From an uncultured Bacillota bacterium (lineage in GTDB: Bacteria; Sysuimicrobiota; Sysuimicrobiia; Sysuimicrobiales; Segetimicrobiaceae), in the NCBI GenBank assembly GCA_963804645.1, contig CAWDRG010000021.1, positions 1 through 49,695 on the forward strand: 49,695 nt of DNA, written 5' to 3'. Under the pieces are notes generated by a model, which saw only the letters and a program-made list of their open reading frames with translations, was not told where the DNA came from and did no database searches. The position numbers and the translations under genes are program-made. Positions 9,744-19,647 of the stretch are shown here, in pieces; position 1 is the stretch's first letter, and each line of letters opens with the position of its first letter.

Positions 9744-10637
9744 TCACACCGGTGTCTCGATCGGGGTTCCGCCGGGGAACGAGAGAACCGTGGGCGGTAC
9801 GCGAAGGTCCTCGTCGGCCTCGTAGGACGCGCGCAGGGCCTGCCAGTCGGGCGCCGGGCCAGCGACGATCGCCGCGACTTCATCAAGATGGGCCGCGACG
9901 GCGAGCGGGATCGCTTGGCCGGGGCCGAGCGAGCGCGCCATCCCCCAATAGTCCCACGGGAGCAACTCGCGCAGGTTGAGGGCGGCCACGTCACGCAAGA
10001 TGCTTGCGCCGACGAACCAGGCTCCTCTGACGGCGGGAATGAACGATACCCCACAGGCTTGCCCGTCTATCGTGTGTTGACGCAGCGACCGCCACGTATC
10101 GCTGGCAGTGAGGAAGCACTCGCGCGGGACGTCCCACGGTTCGAAGTCAACGGCGTACTCCTTCGCCACCGCTTCTTCGCCCAGTTCAGCGTCGAGCAGT
10201 CGCCAAGCGTCCCCGTTCCAGTACTCGCAAAGCCAGTGATCCTCGTAAAACCCACGCACGAAGTAGGTCGCGAACCCGACGCGTACGCGAGACGGGACGC
10301 CATGGTGGCGGAGGATACTGGCCGCGAGGAGCGCGTAGTGACGGCAGGTCCCGACGACGCGCTGAGCGTACGGGCGCGCGCGATCCAACGGCCGAGCGTC
10401 GCGGTTCACGATCCGGCGCAGAAGCTCACGGACAGGGCGGACCTCCGTGTCGCGCTCCTGCGCATGCGGGTGCTCGATGTGCCAGCGCTTGAGCAAGGCA
10501 GGGTGAATCACGAACCTCGACACGATGCCGCTGACCCGGTGCGGGTCGCCAGGCAGTGAATCGAGCCACGTGGCGAACTCGCCCGGGTCGGATGTCGCAC
10601 TTTGAGCCGTGTAGAATGATCGCTCAGCGGATGTCAT
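9744..10637 (-). CDS. Transglutaminase-like cysteine protease domain protein
   Basis: VGTCRHYALLAASILRHHGVPSRVRVGF...FYEDHWLCEYWNGDAWRLLDAE (Cys-His-Asp transglutaminase core); start chosen at MTSAERSF. Confidence 0.65.
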   Translation of the reverse strand: MTSAERSFYTAQSATSDPGEFATWLDSLPGDPHRVSGIVSRFVIHPALLKRWHIEHPHAQERDTEVRPVRELLRRIVNRDARPLDRARPYAQRVVGTCRHYALLAASILRHHGVPSRVRVGFATYFVRGFYEDHWLCEYWNGDAWRLLDAELGEEAVAKEYAVDFEPWDVPRECFLTASDTWRSLRQHTIDGQACGVSFIPAVRGAWFVGASILRDVAALNLRELLPWDYWGMARSLGPGQAIPLAVAAHLDEVAAIVAGPAPDWQALRASYEADEDLRVPPTVLSFPGGTPIETPV

Positions 10638-10852
10638 GTGTGAACATCTCATTTCAGCCCCGCGAGTCGCGTCCCTGCCGCGGGCATCAAGGCGCGATCG
10701 TGGTTCGGGCGCTGGCCCCGACAGAACAACGTGTGTACACAAGCAGTTAGCAGGGGAATCTCTCGTGCCTGCGGAAATCCGCCAGCACGAGGGTCCGACC
10801 CGTGGGCCCCCAACGGATGATGTACTCTCCAGGATTTCGCGGAGGTGCTCAC

Positions 10853-11464
10853 GTGACGCGTCGCAATTTTGCCGTGACCGCGTCGGCACTGTTGGCGGGC
10901 GCAATGCTGACGGTCGTGACGCCGACCGTGCGTGCTGCTCCAACGATGGCACTTACCGGTACGCTGCTGATGCAGGAATATGGGAAGCTCAACGTGATCG
11001 CGCTGATCAGCGACCAGGGCCGGAAGAACATCACCACCACCTCAACCACGACCGCCGTCGCGCGCGTGCCCGCACACCTGTCCGACGTCACTCTCGGGAC
11101 GTGGATCTCCGTGGACGCGGCGAAAGGCGCGAACGGGACACTCACCGCACTCTCGATCGCCATCTTCCCGGCGGGATGGAAAGACCCCGCTCGCGTTGAT
11201 CAGGTCGTGACGTCGAACGATCACACGATGACAAACGGACAAGTGAGCGCAGAGAGCCTGAGCCTGGGAGTCGGCGGGACCGTCACCGTGAGGTACTTGG
11301 GCGGTGTGGCGACGATCGCCGTCCCGAGGAGCGCGACGATCCGTCGGTTGGCCGCCGTCTCGGTTGGCGCGCTCAAGACCGGAACGCGCGCCACCGTGTG
11401 GGTGCGGGTCCCGGCCAACCCAGATGGTACCCTGACGGCGACGTCAATCATTGTGGACGAGTAG
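10853..11464 (+). CDS. Secreted hypothetical protein, Tat-type signal, internally repeated (DUF5666-like)
   Basis: GTG start 5 nt after GGAGGTG; TRRNFAVTASALLAGA; repeated ...GTLTALSIAI / GTLTATSIIV modules. Confidence 0.5.
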   Translation: MTRRNFAVTASALLAGAMLTVVTPTVRAAPTMALTGTLLMQEYGKLNVIALISDQGRKNITTTSTTTAVARVPAHLSDVTLGTWISVDAAKGANGTLTALSIAIFPAGWKDPARVDQVVTSNDHTMTNGQVSAESLSLGVGGTVTVRYLGGVATIAVPRSATIRRLAAVSVGALKTGTRATVWVRVPANPDGTLTATSIIVDE

Positions 11465-11522
11465 TGGCCCCCTTCGGTGGGTGCGATACCGTCATTCAAA
11501 GGGGTGCGGGGGGAGTATCTTG

Positions 11523-11771
11523 ATGACTCGGGTAGCGATGTGGAATGGTTCTGACCGCCGGGATCGCACGCTGATCGGCCGCGCCCGGCGGAAGCGATTT
11601 GGTGACTCCGTGCGCGTTCTGCGGCTCATCGATCTCTCCGCGCACGTGATTCGCCACTACGCCCGGCTCGCCCGTGAGACGGCGAGATTGCCGCACGAAT
11701 TGCTGAACTACGCGGCAGACGAGCCCAAGAATCGGCCCGGTGCCGGCCCGGGCGCGGGGTTCTCGGCCTGA
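11523..11771 (+). CDS. Small hypothetical protein (83 aa)
   Basis: ORF only; no family recognised. Confidence 0.25.
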   Translation: MTRVAMWNGSDRRDRTLIGRARRKRFGDSVRVLRLIDLSAHVIRHYARLARETARLPHELLNYAADEPKNRPGAGPGAGFSA

Positions 11772-12216
11772 CGATCGTCCGGATCCGACCTCGCACGGCG
11801 AATACCATGCACTAACCTCCGAGAGTATCTCGACGGTTCATTCATGCCCAGGCAGCAGGCGCCAGAATCTCGAAGGGCCGTGCCAACGCCTTCCCACGCC
11901 GATGACAGCCCCGAACGGAGCTAAGCGGAGAGAAGTTTTGTGAATCGCGTCCGGTCAGCGCGGTTCCTTGGCGGGCGCACCTATTTCGCCGCCGCCCACG
12001 CGAAGGCGTTGATGTCGGCTTGCTGCGGGAGCCGAGCGATCGGGCCGCGTTTGTAGTTGCGGGATGCGTGCAGGGGAATGACAGGAATCCCGCATTATCC
12101 GAGTGAAACGTGCCGTAATTACTCCCGACGTGAGGGCAATGCGGCGGGCGCACACGGCGCCGCTCGGAGGCGGTGCGACCGCGTGAGTGACCAGTACACT
12201 GTGGAGGTGACGTTCG

Positions 12217-12822
12217 TTGGCACGCCTGAGCGTCGTTGGCATTGGCGGGTCGCTGGCACGCGTATCGAGTAGCTTGGCGGCGCTGCGCATCGCCGTCGAA
12301 GGCGCGGCGGACGGGGACGTGGAGACGCGCGTGCTGGATCTCCGGGCGCTCACATTACCCATGTTCGATCCCGATCTCACGGAGGTCCCGGCGCCGGTCG
12401 CTGCGTTCTGTGACACGGTCTACGCGGCGCATGGGCTCGTCTGGAGCAGCCCGCTCTACAACGGCACGATCAGCGGGGCGTTCAAGAACGCGCTCGATTG
12501 GCTGCACGTGCTTGGCGACCGCACCCCGCCGTTCCTGACCGACAAGATCGTCGGGTTGGTCAGCACGGCCGGCGGTGTGCACGGGTTGCAGGCGGTCAAT
12601 ACGATGGAGTTTGTCGTCCGATCGCTGCGCGGGTGGGCTGTTCCGCTCGTCGTGCCGATTCCGCGGGCACCGGCGGCGTTCGACAATGCCGGACGGCCTC
12701 ACGATCCCCAGCTCGAGACGCAATTGCGGCAACTCGGGCGCGAGGTCGCCCGCGCCGCGAGGCAGATGGCGACGCACGGCGTCTGCGATTATTCCGACCC
12801 ACTGGTCACCGTGAGCGGCTGA
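12217..12822 (+). CDS. NADPH-dependent FMN reductase family oxidoreductase
   Basis: MARLSVVGIGGSLARVSSS...SSPLYNGTISGAFKNALDWL flavodoxin-like FMN reductase motifs; GGAGGTGA RBS. Confidence 0.7.
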   Translation: MARLSVVGIGGSLARVSSSLAALRIAVEGAADGDVETRVLDLRALTLPMFDPDLTEVPAPVAAFCDTVYAAHGLVWSSPLYNGTISGAFKNALDWLHVLGDRTPPFLTDKIVGLVSTAGGVHGLQAVNTMEFVVRSLRGWAVPLVVPIPRAPAAFDNAGRPHDPQLETQLRQLGREVARAARQMATHGVCDYSDPLVTVSG

Positions 12823-12950
12823 CTCTTGCGGGATCTGCGCTCGCGGCACATGAGGGGGCGGGACGGCGTCCGCTCACCCCATGCGGACGAGCCACGGGGA
12901 TAGGGCGTGGTAGCGGGGCTGGCGGTCGTGGGTGACGCGCAGGGTGAGTC

Positions 12951-14630
12951 GTGACCGGGGGGATGGAAGGACGGGTGGGAATCGGCGCGCGGCACGGAGG
13001 TCCTAACGCTGCTGGTGGGGCGCCCGCCGAAGCAGGCAGTTCTCCTTGGAGTGCGTTCCACCACACCGCGTTCACTGTGGTGTGGACGGCGACCGTCGTG
13101 TCAAACATCGGGACGTGGATGTACAACGCGGCCTCGGGCTGGCTGATGACGACCCTGAATCCTGATCCGCTGATCGTCTCGCTGGTCCAAGTGGCCGCCA
13201 CTCTGCCGGTGTTCCTGTTCGCGCTGCCGGCCGGCGCGCTCGCGGACATCGTCGATAAACGCCGGTTTCTCATCGTGGCAGAAGGCGCGACGACGGTAAT
13301 TGCGGCGGTGTTCGCGGCGGTGGTGGGACTCGGTCTGGTGAACCCGGAGCGGCTGTTGCTGTTTGCATTTCTCCTTGGGGCGGCCCAGGCCGTGGCGGCT
13401 CCGGCTTGGCAAGCGATCGTGCCGCAACTTGTCCCCAAGCGCGACCTGCGATCGGCCGTGACGACTAATAGTATCGGCATCAACATCAGCCGCGCGGTGG
13501 GCCCAGCACTCGGCGGCGTGGTCATCACTGCAGTGGGAATGGCCGCGACGTTCTGGCTCAACGCGGTCAGCAATCTTGGCGTTCTCGGCGCCCTGGTGTG
13601 GTGGCGCTCCCCGCAACGGAACAGTAGCCGGCTGCCCGTCGAGCGGTTCAACGGCGCGATTCATGCTGGGTTTCGCTACGCTCGGAACAATCCACACCTG
13701 CGCGCGACGTTGGTGCGCGCGGTGGCGTTTTTTCTGTTTGCCAGCGCGTATTGGGCCTTGCTGCCCCTCGTGGCGCGTCGCCAGGTGGCCGGCGGACCCG
13801 AACTCTACGGGATTTTGTTGGGCGCGATCGGCGCCGGTGCGGTGGGCGGGGCGTTCTGGCTGCCCCGGCTGCACGCCAGATTGGGACCCGATCGGCTCGT
13901 GGCCGCCGGTACGCTTGGGACGGCTGTCACGCTCGCGCTGTTCGGGCTGGCTCGCCACCCCGTAATTGTGCTGATCGGCAGTCTCGTGGCCGGCGTGTCG
14001 TGGATCGCGGTGTTATCGAGTCTCAACGTCTCAGCCCAGGTGGCGCTGCCGGAATGGGTGCGCGGACGCGGGCTCGCAATCTACGTCACGGTGTTTTTTG
14101 GGACCCTGTCGCTCGGCAGCGCGGCGTGGGGAGAAGCCGCCGCAGTCGTGGGCGTGTCCACCGCGCAGTTTATTGCCGCCGCGGGCGCCCTCATCGCGAT
14201 ACCCTTGACGTGGCGGTGGAAACTGCAAACTGGTGCAGGCATTGACCTCACCCCATCGGTGCACTGGCCCGCTCCAATCACCACACACGGCGTTGAGGGT
14301 GATCAGGGCCCGGTGCTGGTCACCCTCGAATACCGCGTGGATCCACGAAATCGTGAGGCCTTCCTGGAGGCCCTGGAGCGGCTGGGACACGAGCGCCGGC
14401 GTGACGGCGCGTACGCGTGGGGGGTATTCGAGGACACGGCCGACGAAGGACGATACTTAGAAACCTTTCTGGTGGAATCGTGGTTGGAGCACCTCCGCCA
14501 GCACGAACGCGTGACGAAGGCGGATCGTGTGCAGCAAGATGTCGTGCACCGGTTTCACACAGGAGGCACGCCGACGGTCACGCACTTTTTGGCTGCCGAG
14601 CCGAGCGAACCGCATGCGCGTCACGGGTGA
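12951..14630 (+). CDS. MFS transporter (EntS/MFS_3-like, 12 TM) fused to C-terminal antibiotic-biosynthesis-monooxygenase (ABM) domain
   Basis: Hydrophobic MFS body to ~aa 430, then LVTLEYRVDPRNREAFLEALERLGHERRRDGAYAWGVFEDT...ETFLVESWLEHLRQHERVT (ABM/ActVA-Orf6-like). Confidence 0.6.
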   Translation: MTGGMEGRVGIGARHGGPNAAGGAPAEAGSSPWSAFHHTAFTVVWTATVVSNIGTWMYNAASGWLMTTLNPDPLIVSLVQVAATLPVFLFALPAGALADIVDKRRFLIVAEGATTVIAAVFAAVVGLGLVNPERLLLFAFLLGAAQAVAAPAWQAIVPQLVPKRDLRSAVTTNSIGINISRAVGPALGGVVITAVGMAATFWLNAVSNLGVLGALVWWRSPQRNSSRLPVERFNGAIHAGFRYARNNPHLRATLVRAVAFFLFASAYWALLPLVARRQVAGGPELYGILLGAIGAGAVGGAFWLPRLHARLGPDRLVAAGTLGTAVTLALFGLARHPVIVLIGSLVAGVSWIAVLSSLNVSAQVALPEWVRGRGLAIYVTVFFGTLSLGSAAWGEAAAVVGVSTAQFIAAAGALIAIPLTWRWKLQTGAGIDLTPSVHWPAPITTHGVEGDQGPVLVTLEYRVDPRNREAFLEALERLGHERRRDGAYAWGVFEDTADEGRYLETFLVESWLEHLRQHERVTKADRVQQDVVHRFHTGGTPTVTHFLAAEPSEPHARHG

Positions 14631-14675
14631 TGGCGTCGAAGCCCCGCGATCCCCCGACGAGTGTTTTGAGCATTT

Positions 14676-14741
14676 CACCGGGAATTGGCAGGGTTCGTCT
14701 GGGCCATCGCCGACAGCGTGCCGAGCACCACCGCAGCGTAG
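14676..14741 (+). mobile_element. Solo remnant of an IS110-family element 3' end (related to tnp2)
   Basis: ~90% nt identity over ~62 bp to the last 62 bp of tnp2; translates HRELAGFVWAIADSVPSTTAA* vs tnp2 ARELAGFVWAIAHSVSSTTAA*. Confidence 0.6.
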
Positions 14742-14799
14742 GGGACCAATATCAAACGATGATACGCCGTATGGTTCTACTTAGCAGAGACTGACCATC

Positions 14800-14970
14800 A
14801 TGAGCTCGTTGCGTTTCGTCACGGGCTTGATGACGACAGAGGAACGCCTGCTATGCGCCGGATGGACTGAGGGGCTCATGTACGTGCCGTTCCCAGACGG
14901 TCACATCTGCCGCTCGGGACCGTCTCAAAATGCGCAGATCGATAGCTACTTCTATAAACACGAGCTTTGA
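14800..14970 (+). CDS. Small ORF (56 aa) in a low-GC islet
   Basis: MSSLRFVTGLMTTEERLLCAGWTEGLMYVPFPDGHICRSG...; region 14750..15000 ~50% GC vs ~70% elsewhere; below ORF-track cutoff. Confidence 0.2.
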   Translation: MSSLRFVTGLMTTEERLLCAGWTEGLMYVPFPDGHICRSGPSQNAQIDSYFYKHEL

Positions 14971-15001
14971 CCACTAGCGACGAATCTCGAACGTGGTTGG
15001 C

Positions 15002-15502
15002 TTATGGCGAACCGATGACACCGATTGCCTGCGCGTAACTGAGGTGGACACATTCGCCCGGCGAGCAGGCTGGCCCGCCCACGCCGCGCGGAATCGGCCG
15101 TGGGCCCAAGTAGCGCGCATCCACCTGTGCGTCTCCGTCAGAGATGAGGTAGTGACCCATGCGCGGATCGGGACCAGGAGCGCTGTAACGGTAGCGTGCG
15201 CCGGTGGGACTACCCGGAACGACCGGCACCATCTTTAGATAGGTCGGAGTGAGTGCGTCGAGCGTCTTTGGATACGCGTTTTGGTGGTCGACAGCGTACT
15301 CTTCGAGCGCCGTCGCGATCGTCTTGAGAAACGCGAGGTCGACGATCGTGTAGATGGCGCGCGGGTCGCGGCTGGCGTTCATGGCGCCCGCGATCTGCAC
15401 GTCGAGCAGGGGGACAGATGACATAGACCCTGCGGCACGCGCCCCATCCGACACGCACACAAGCGCGGCAATCGAGAGAACTGCGAATAGGCGTCGTCTC
15501 AT
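15002..15502 (-). CDS. Secreted hypothetical protein
   Basis: MRRRLFAVLSIAALVCVSDGARA signal peptide. Confidence 0.5.
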   Translation of the reverse strand: MRRRLFAVLSIAALVCVSDGARAAGSMSSVPLLDVQIAGAMNASRDPRAIYTIVDLAFLKTIATALEEYAVDHQNAYPKTLDALTPTYLKMVPVVPGSPTGARYRYSAPGPDPRMGHYLISDGDAQVDARYLGPRPIPRGVGGPACSPGECVHLSYAQAIGVIGSP

Positions 15503-15745
15503 GATGCTCTCCTTTATGTCGAACACAGTCTAAACCGGGATTTCCATTATCTGTGTCTGAACACCTTGTGTTGAAGGAGTCCATCTGGCTCTTCGGGGAC
15601 GAGTGTGACCGACGGCCCCATGAAAGGCTGTTCGGGCCCGTCCGAAACCCCCAATCCCGGGCATGGTCGCGCTGGCCACCGATTTCTCAGACACGTCCCC
15701 CTCGGCCTCCTTCTCGTCCTTGTTGGCCGCGACGATCGCCGGCTG

Positions 15746-17072
15746 CTACCCTGCGGGCCCCGGCAGCATCCCAAGCCGCCGCACGATCGCCCCGAACAGC
15801 TGCCGTGTCAGGTGCCCCTCCGCCAACAGCAACCAGTAGTATCGCGCGTGTTTCACGAGCCGGCCACCCGTTTTCATCAGCCGCTGCTGCAGACTCGTCA
15901 GCGACCACGTATCAATCCGTTTCGGCAGCCCGAACCGCCGCCACAAGTTGCCCAAGTTGTACGCGATCACGCTCAGCCACAGCCGCACCTCGTTCGCCCG
16001 GAACCGGTGGCAGCTCAGCCGCGTCATCTTCACCGCCTGCTTGCCTTCCTTGATCCACTGCTCCGCAGTCCCGCGCTTATTGTAGAACCGCACCACCGCG
16101 CGGCTGTCCGCCTCCAGAGTCGTCACGATGAACCCTACTCGCGGGAACAGTTCCTCGCAGTGGAACTCGATCTTCGCCACCACTCGCCGCGCGATCTTCC
16201 AACTCGCGGCCTGGTACCGGAAGCTCTTGTACCGGACCACCGGCTTGTGACTGGGGCGCCCGACCGGCCGCGTGAGCAACTCCGCGATGGCCCGCTCCAA
16301 TGTGTCGTTCGAGGGGATGCGAATGGCGTACTTTGCGTTCCGAGTCTCCAGGGCTTCGTAGAGCTCCGGCTTGGCAAAACCGGCATCGGCCCGGACGACC
16401 ACGTCCTTGCCCTCCCGCTGCTGCCGCTCGAGCTCGGGCAGCAACACCTGGTCCCACTCCTCGGCGCTATGAACGTTGCCCGGCCGCAACTTCGCCGCCA
16501 GACAGTCGCCCTCCCGATTGAACAGCAGCAGCGGATGATAGCAGGTCGACTCAAAGTGCCCGTTATAGGCGCTCTGCTCCTGTTGGCCGTAGACGGGGAT
16601 CTCGGTACTATCGATATCGAGCACCACCCGCTGCGGGGTGTCCATAGGATCCACCTTCGCGATCAACTCCCGGTTGATCGCGGCCAGCCCAGCGAGGTTC
16701 TCATCTTGGGTCAGCAGCTCTGTCTCGAAGGAGTGCGCCCGGGACGTCAGAGCGGCCCCGCGCTCCCAGAGCTGCTCGGCCCCGATCAGCCGGAAAGTTG
16801 GATCCTGGAGAGGCGTTCAGCATCGTTCACGTCCTCGTACCCCGCCAATCGGCGGTAGACCGATTGCCGGACCAAGTCGGCGAGCGGAACTGCGTGTTCG
16901 TGCCCCTCGGATCGGTCAAATGCTGCGCGATGAGTTCACTGAAGCCCAACCGCTCGTCCAGTTCGCGCACGAGGATCAGGCCGCCATCGGAGGTGACTCG
17001 GGATCCCTGGAACTCGACCTTCAACATCGGGTTGAACGAGAGCTGAAAGGGCTGGTTTTGGGCTTCACCCAT
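15746..17072 (-). pseudogene. IS1380-family transposase, second type, interrupted by at least two 1-bp deletions
   Basis: N-terminal FQGSRVTSDGGLILVRELDERLGFSELIA, then shift at ccgg->ccg near 16905, then shift at ccc->cc near 16790 (ERLS|QDPTFRLIGAEQLW), then DIDSTEIPVYGQQ...RADAGF...YNKRGTAEQWIKEGK. Confidence 0.65.
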
Positions 17073-17179
17073 CCGGTCCGCACCTCCCCAGCGTCGTCAT
17101 CGCGCGCAAACCCGCATCTATAAAGGCATTCGGCGCGTCCCCGCGGTTCTCCGTGCGCAATCAAATCGGAAATCTAGGT

Positions 17180-18130
17180 TCACTTTTCGAGCTGTTTCCG
17201 GATGGCCAACAATTCTCGACGGCGCTTGGCGTCGACCTTGGGGTACGCCATGTCGAGGCCCTCGAGCGTCGTGACAAGAATCTGGGAGACAATCAGCCGG
17301 GCATTGGCTTTGTCGTCGGCGGGAACAACATACCATGGGGAACCGTGCGTGCTTGTCGCGGCGAGGCAGTTCGAATAAGCTTTCATATACTGCTTCCAGT
17401 ACTTCCGCTCCTGAATATCCGCCATGCTGAATTTCCAGTTCTTCTCCGGCTCATCGATCCGCGCTAGAAAGCGCTTTCGCTGCTCCGTTTTCGACAGGTG
17501 GAGGAAGAACTTGATAATGCGGGTTCCGTTCGCGTGCAAGTGTCTCTCCCAATCCACGATCGAACGGTAGCGGTCGCGCCAGACTGCCTTGTCGTCTTGC
17601 GGGGCGTCCGGGATCCCTTCGGCGTGCAGCAGTTCGGGATGCACGCGGACGATCAGGACTTCCTCATAGTAGGATCGGTTGAAGATGCCGATCCGTCCTC
17701 GCTCCGGGAGTCTCACATTGGTGCGCCAGAGAAAATCATGCTGCAGTTCGTCGGGGGTGGGTTGTTTGAAGCTGAAGACTTGGACGCCCTGGGGATTAAT
17801 CCCGGACATCACATGTTCGATGGCCCCGTCTTTGCCGGCCGCATCCATCCCCTGAAAAATCATCAGCACGGCATAGCGGTTGGACGCGTAGAGCAGCTGC
17901 TGTCGTGAGCGCAACCGCATGACGTGCTGCTCCAGAAGCTTGCGATAGTCTTTCTTCGACTGGTACACGGGCGCGACGCTGGTCGGCCACTGTTTGAGGT
18001 TGACCTCGTCTCCTTCCCGCACGCGAAAGGCGTGTGGGTCGATTTTCATGGGTGCTTGCGCGTCGGCCCCTTCGCGTTCGAAACCCTCCGGAGGTGCCTG
18101 GGATGGCTTGACCTCGTTCGGTGTCATGGG
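17180..18130 (-). CDS. ppk2: Polyphosphate kinase 2 (PPK2)
   Basis: [11 protein letters not shown] Walker [30 protein letters not shown] lid motif; start at MTPNEVKP. Confidence 0.8.
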   Translation of the reverse strand, partial: PMTPNEVKPSQAPPEGFEREGADAQAPMKIDPHAFRVREGDEVNLKQWPTSVAPVYQSKKDYRKLLEQHVMRLRSRQQLLYASNRYAVLMIFQGMDAAGKDGAIEHVMSGINPQGVQVFSFKQPTPDELQHDFLWRTNVRLPERGRIGIFNRSYYEEVLIVRVHPELLHAEGIPDAPQDDKAVWRDRYRSIVDWERHLHANGTRIIKFFLHLSKTEQRKRFLARIDEPEKNWKFSMADIQERKYWKQYMKAYSNCLAATSTHGSPWYVVPADDKANARLIVSQILVTTLEGLDMAYPKVDAKRRRELLAIRKQLEK

Positions 18131-18580
18131 TGCGCGACCAGGGAGGGGCCTTTTGGTGTCATGTCCCCGGCATCTCCAGCCTGAGCGTCGGCCATGCTCA
18201 TCCCTCCTGGGCTCGCAGCGGGTCGATCGGGCGGTCACAACGCGGTCGCGATCGGGTTCGTGTTGGCGCTTGCGTCGACGGCCCGGTGCAGATCAGCCAA
18301 CTGGATGCGGTCGCCGGGACGCGCGCTCCGGCCGGAATCGCCTCCGCCCCGCGCGTCCAGCGCCCCGCCGCTCAAGATTCTCTTCCCTTCCGTCCACTCC
18401 CTATGCGGAACCCCAATGCGACCCGGGCTCGGCGGCCGGCGCCGAGATCGGCCGTGCGTCGGCGGCGTGCGCGCAGACGTTGGGTAGCGGGTCGCTCGTG
18501 CGCCCGGAATTGACACCAGCACCTGGGGCTGGTACATGTGTCTTGTACCACCTAGAGCGCGTACGACGGCGGAGAACGAC

Positions 18581-19228
18581 ATGCCCGTCATCACCGGCGC
18601 GATGGAAGACTACCTCAAGGCGATTTACAAGCTGCAGCAGGACCGTGGTTCGGTCTCAACGTCCGAACTGGCGGCAGAGCTGCACGTGGTCGCGGCATCG
18701 GCCACCGCCATGGTGCAGCGGTTGGCCCGATTGAAGCTCGTGTCATATCATCGATATCATGGACTTCGGCTGACCGGAGCGGGCCAGCGAATTGCGCTCG
18801 AGACGATTCGGCACCATCGGTTGATCGAGCTGTACCTTGCACAGCATCTGGGGGTCAGTCTCGATAAGGTGCACGGCGAGGCCGAGAAGATGGAGCATGT
18901 GCTCTCGGACGATGTGGAACTTCGGATGGCTGCCGCGCTCGGCAATCCCGCCGCAGACCCGCACGGCGACCCCATTCCGTCGGTCGACGGAACCATACGG
19001 GACGTTCGCTATCCTGACGTGGCCGCGTTTTCACCGGGCACCGGGGGAGTGGTCGCGAGGGTCAGCGATCGAGATCCCGGTGCGCTTCGGCGGTTGGCGG
19101 AGCTCGGTGTCCTGCCCGGTGTCAGGCTGAAAGTTGTGGCCCAGCGCCGGAATGGTTGCCAAGTTGAGATCGACGGACGCCGGGTCATGTTGCCGCGGGT
19201 GCTCTGCGGGAGCGTGTACGTTCAGTAG
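18581..19228 (+). CDS. DtxR/IdeR/MntR-family metal-dependent transcriptional regulator with C-terminal SH3-like (FeoA-type) domain
   Basis: MPVITGAMEDYLKAIYKL...VSTSELAAELHVVAASATAMVQRL HTH, metal-site region, C-terminal VVARVSD...GVRLKVV. Confidence 0.8.
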   Translation: MPVITGAMEDYLKAIYKLQQDRGSVSTSELAAELHVVAASATAMVQRLARLKLVSYHRYHGLRLTGAGQRIALETIRHHRLIELYLAQHLGVSLDKVHGEAEKMEHVLSDDVELRMAAALGNPAADPHGDPIPSVDGTIRDVRYPDVAAFSPGTGGVVARVSDRDPGALRRLAELGVLPGVRLKVVAQRRNGCQVEIDGRRVMLPRVLCGSVYVQ

Positions 19229-19384
19229 GGCGTTGATGCACCGCGCATCTGTCCCCGCACGCGCGTGCTAATCTTGCTCCACGCCCGCTGCGATCACGCA
19301 ACGGCCCATCGAACCGTATCAAGGGATCGCGTGATGCCGTGTTCACACACGCGCCGGGCGTAGACTCGGACCGGCCCTGGACAC

Positions 19385-19420
19385 TTGACATACGCAACAT
19401 ATTTTAGTATCGTCTAAAAA
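19385..19420 (+). promoter_or_regulatory. Candidate promoter (TTGACA ... TAGTAT) overlapped by 18-bp palindrome TTTTAG-N6-CTAAAA; putative DtxR-family operator upstream of mntH
   Basis: AT-rich island in GC-rich DNA, 230 bp upstream of mntH start; perfect 6+6 inverted repeat 19403..19420. Confidence 0.4.
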
Positions 19421-19647
19421 AGATTCGCTGCCCAGGCGCTTCGTCAACGCCACGGTTGAGACGGTAGGAGATTACGCGGGGGGCTGCGTCCTCGACGGTG
19501 GCGGCATGTGGGCAGGGTGACTGAGCCTGCGTCTCGTCGAGATTCGGGTGATTGTGGTGGCGCGTGACTTGGGACGACGCGGTCGGGGAACGGAGTGGGC
19601 GGTGAGGCGACGTCAGGCTCCGTCAACAGCGCACTGGAGGGGGTCCC

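Noticed and set aside
15605-16858. 417-aa plus-strand ORF
   Set aside because: Antisense to the IS1380-family transposase pseudogene; no recognisable domain.
19421-19647. Possible riboswitch (e.g. Mn-sensing yybP-ykoY) in the long mntH leader
   Set aside because: Could not recognise the conserved yybP-ykoY core by eye, and that class normally controls exporters. Left as an unstructured leader.
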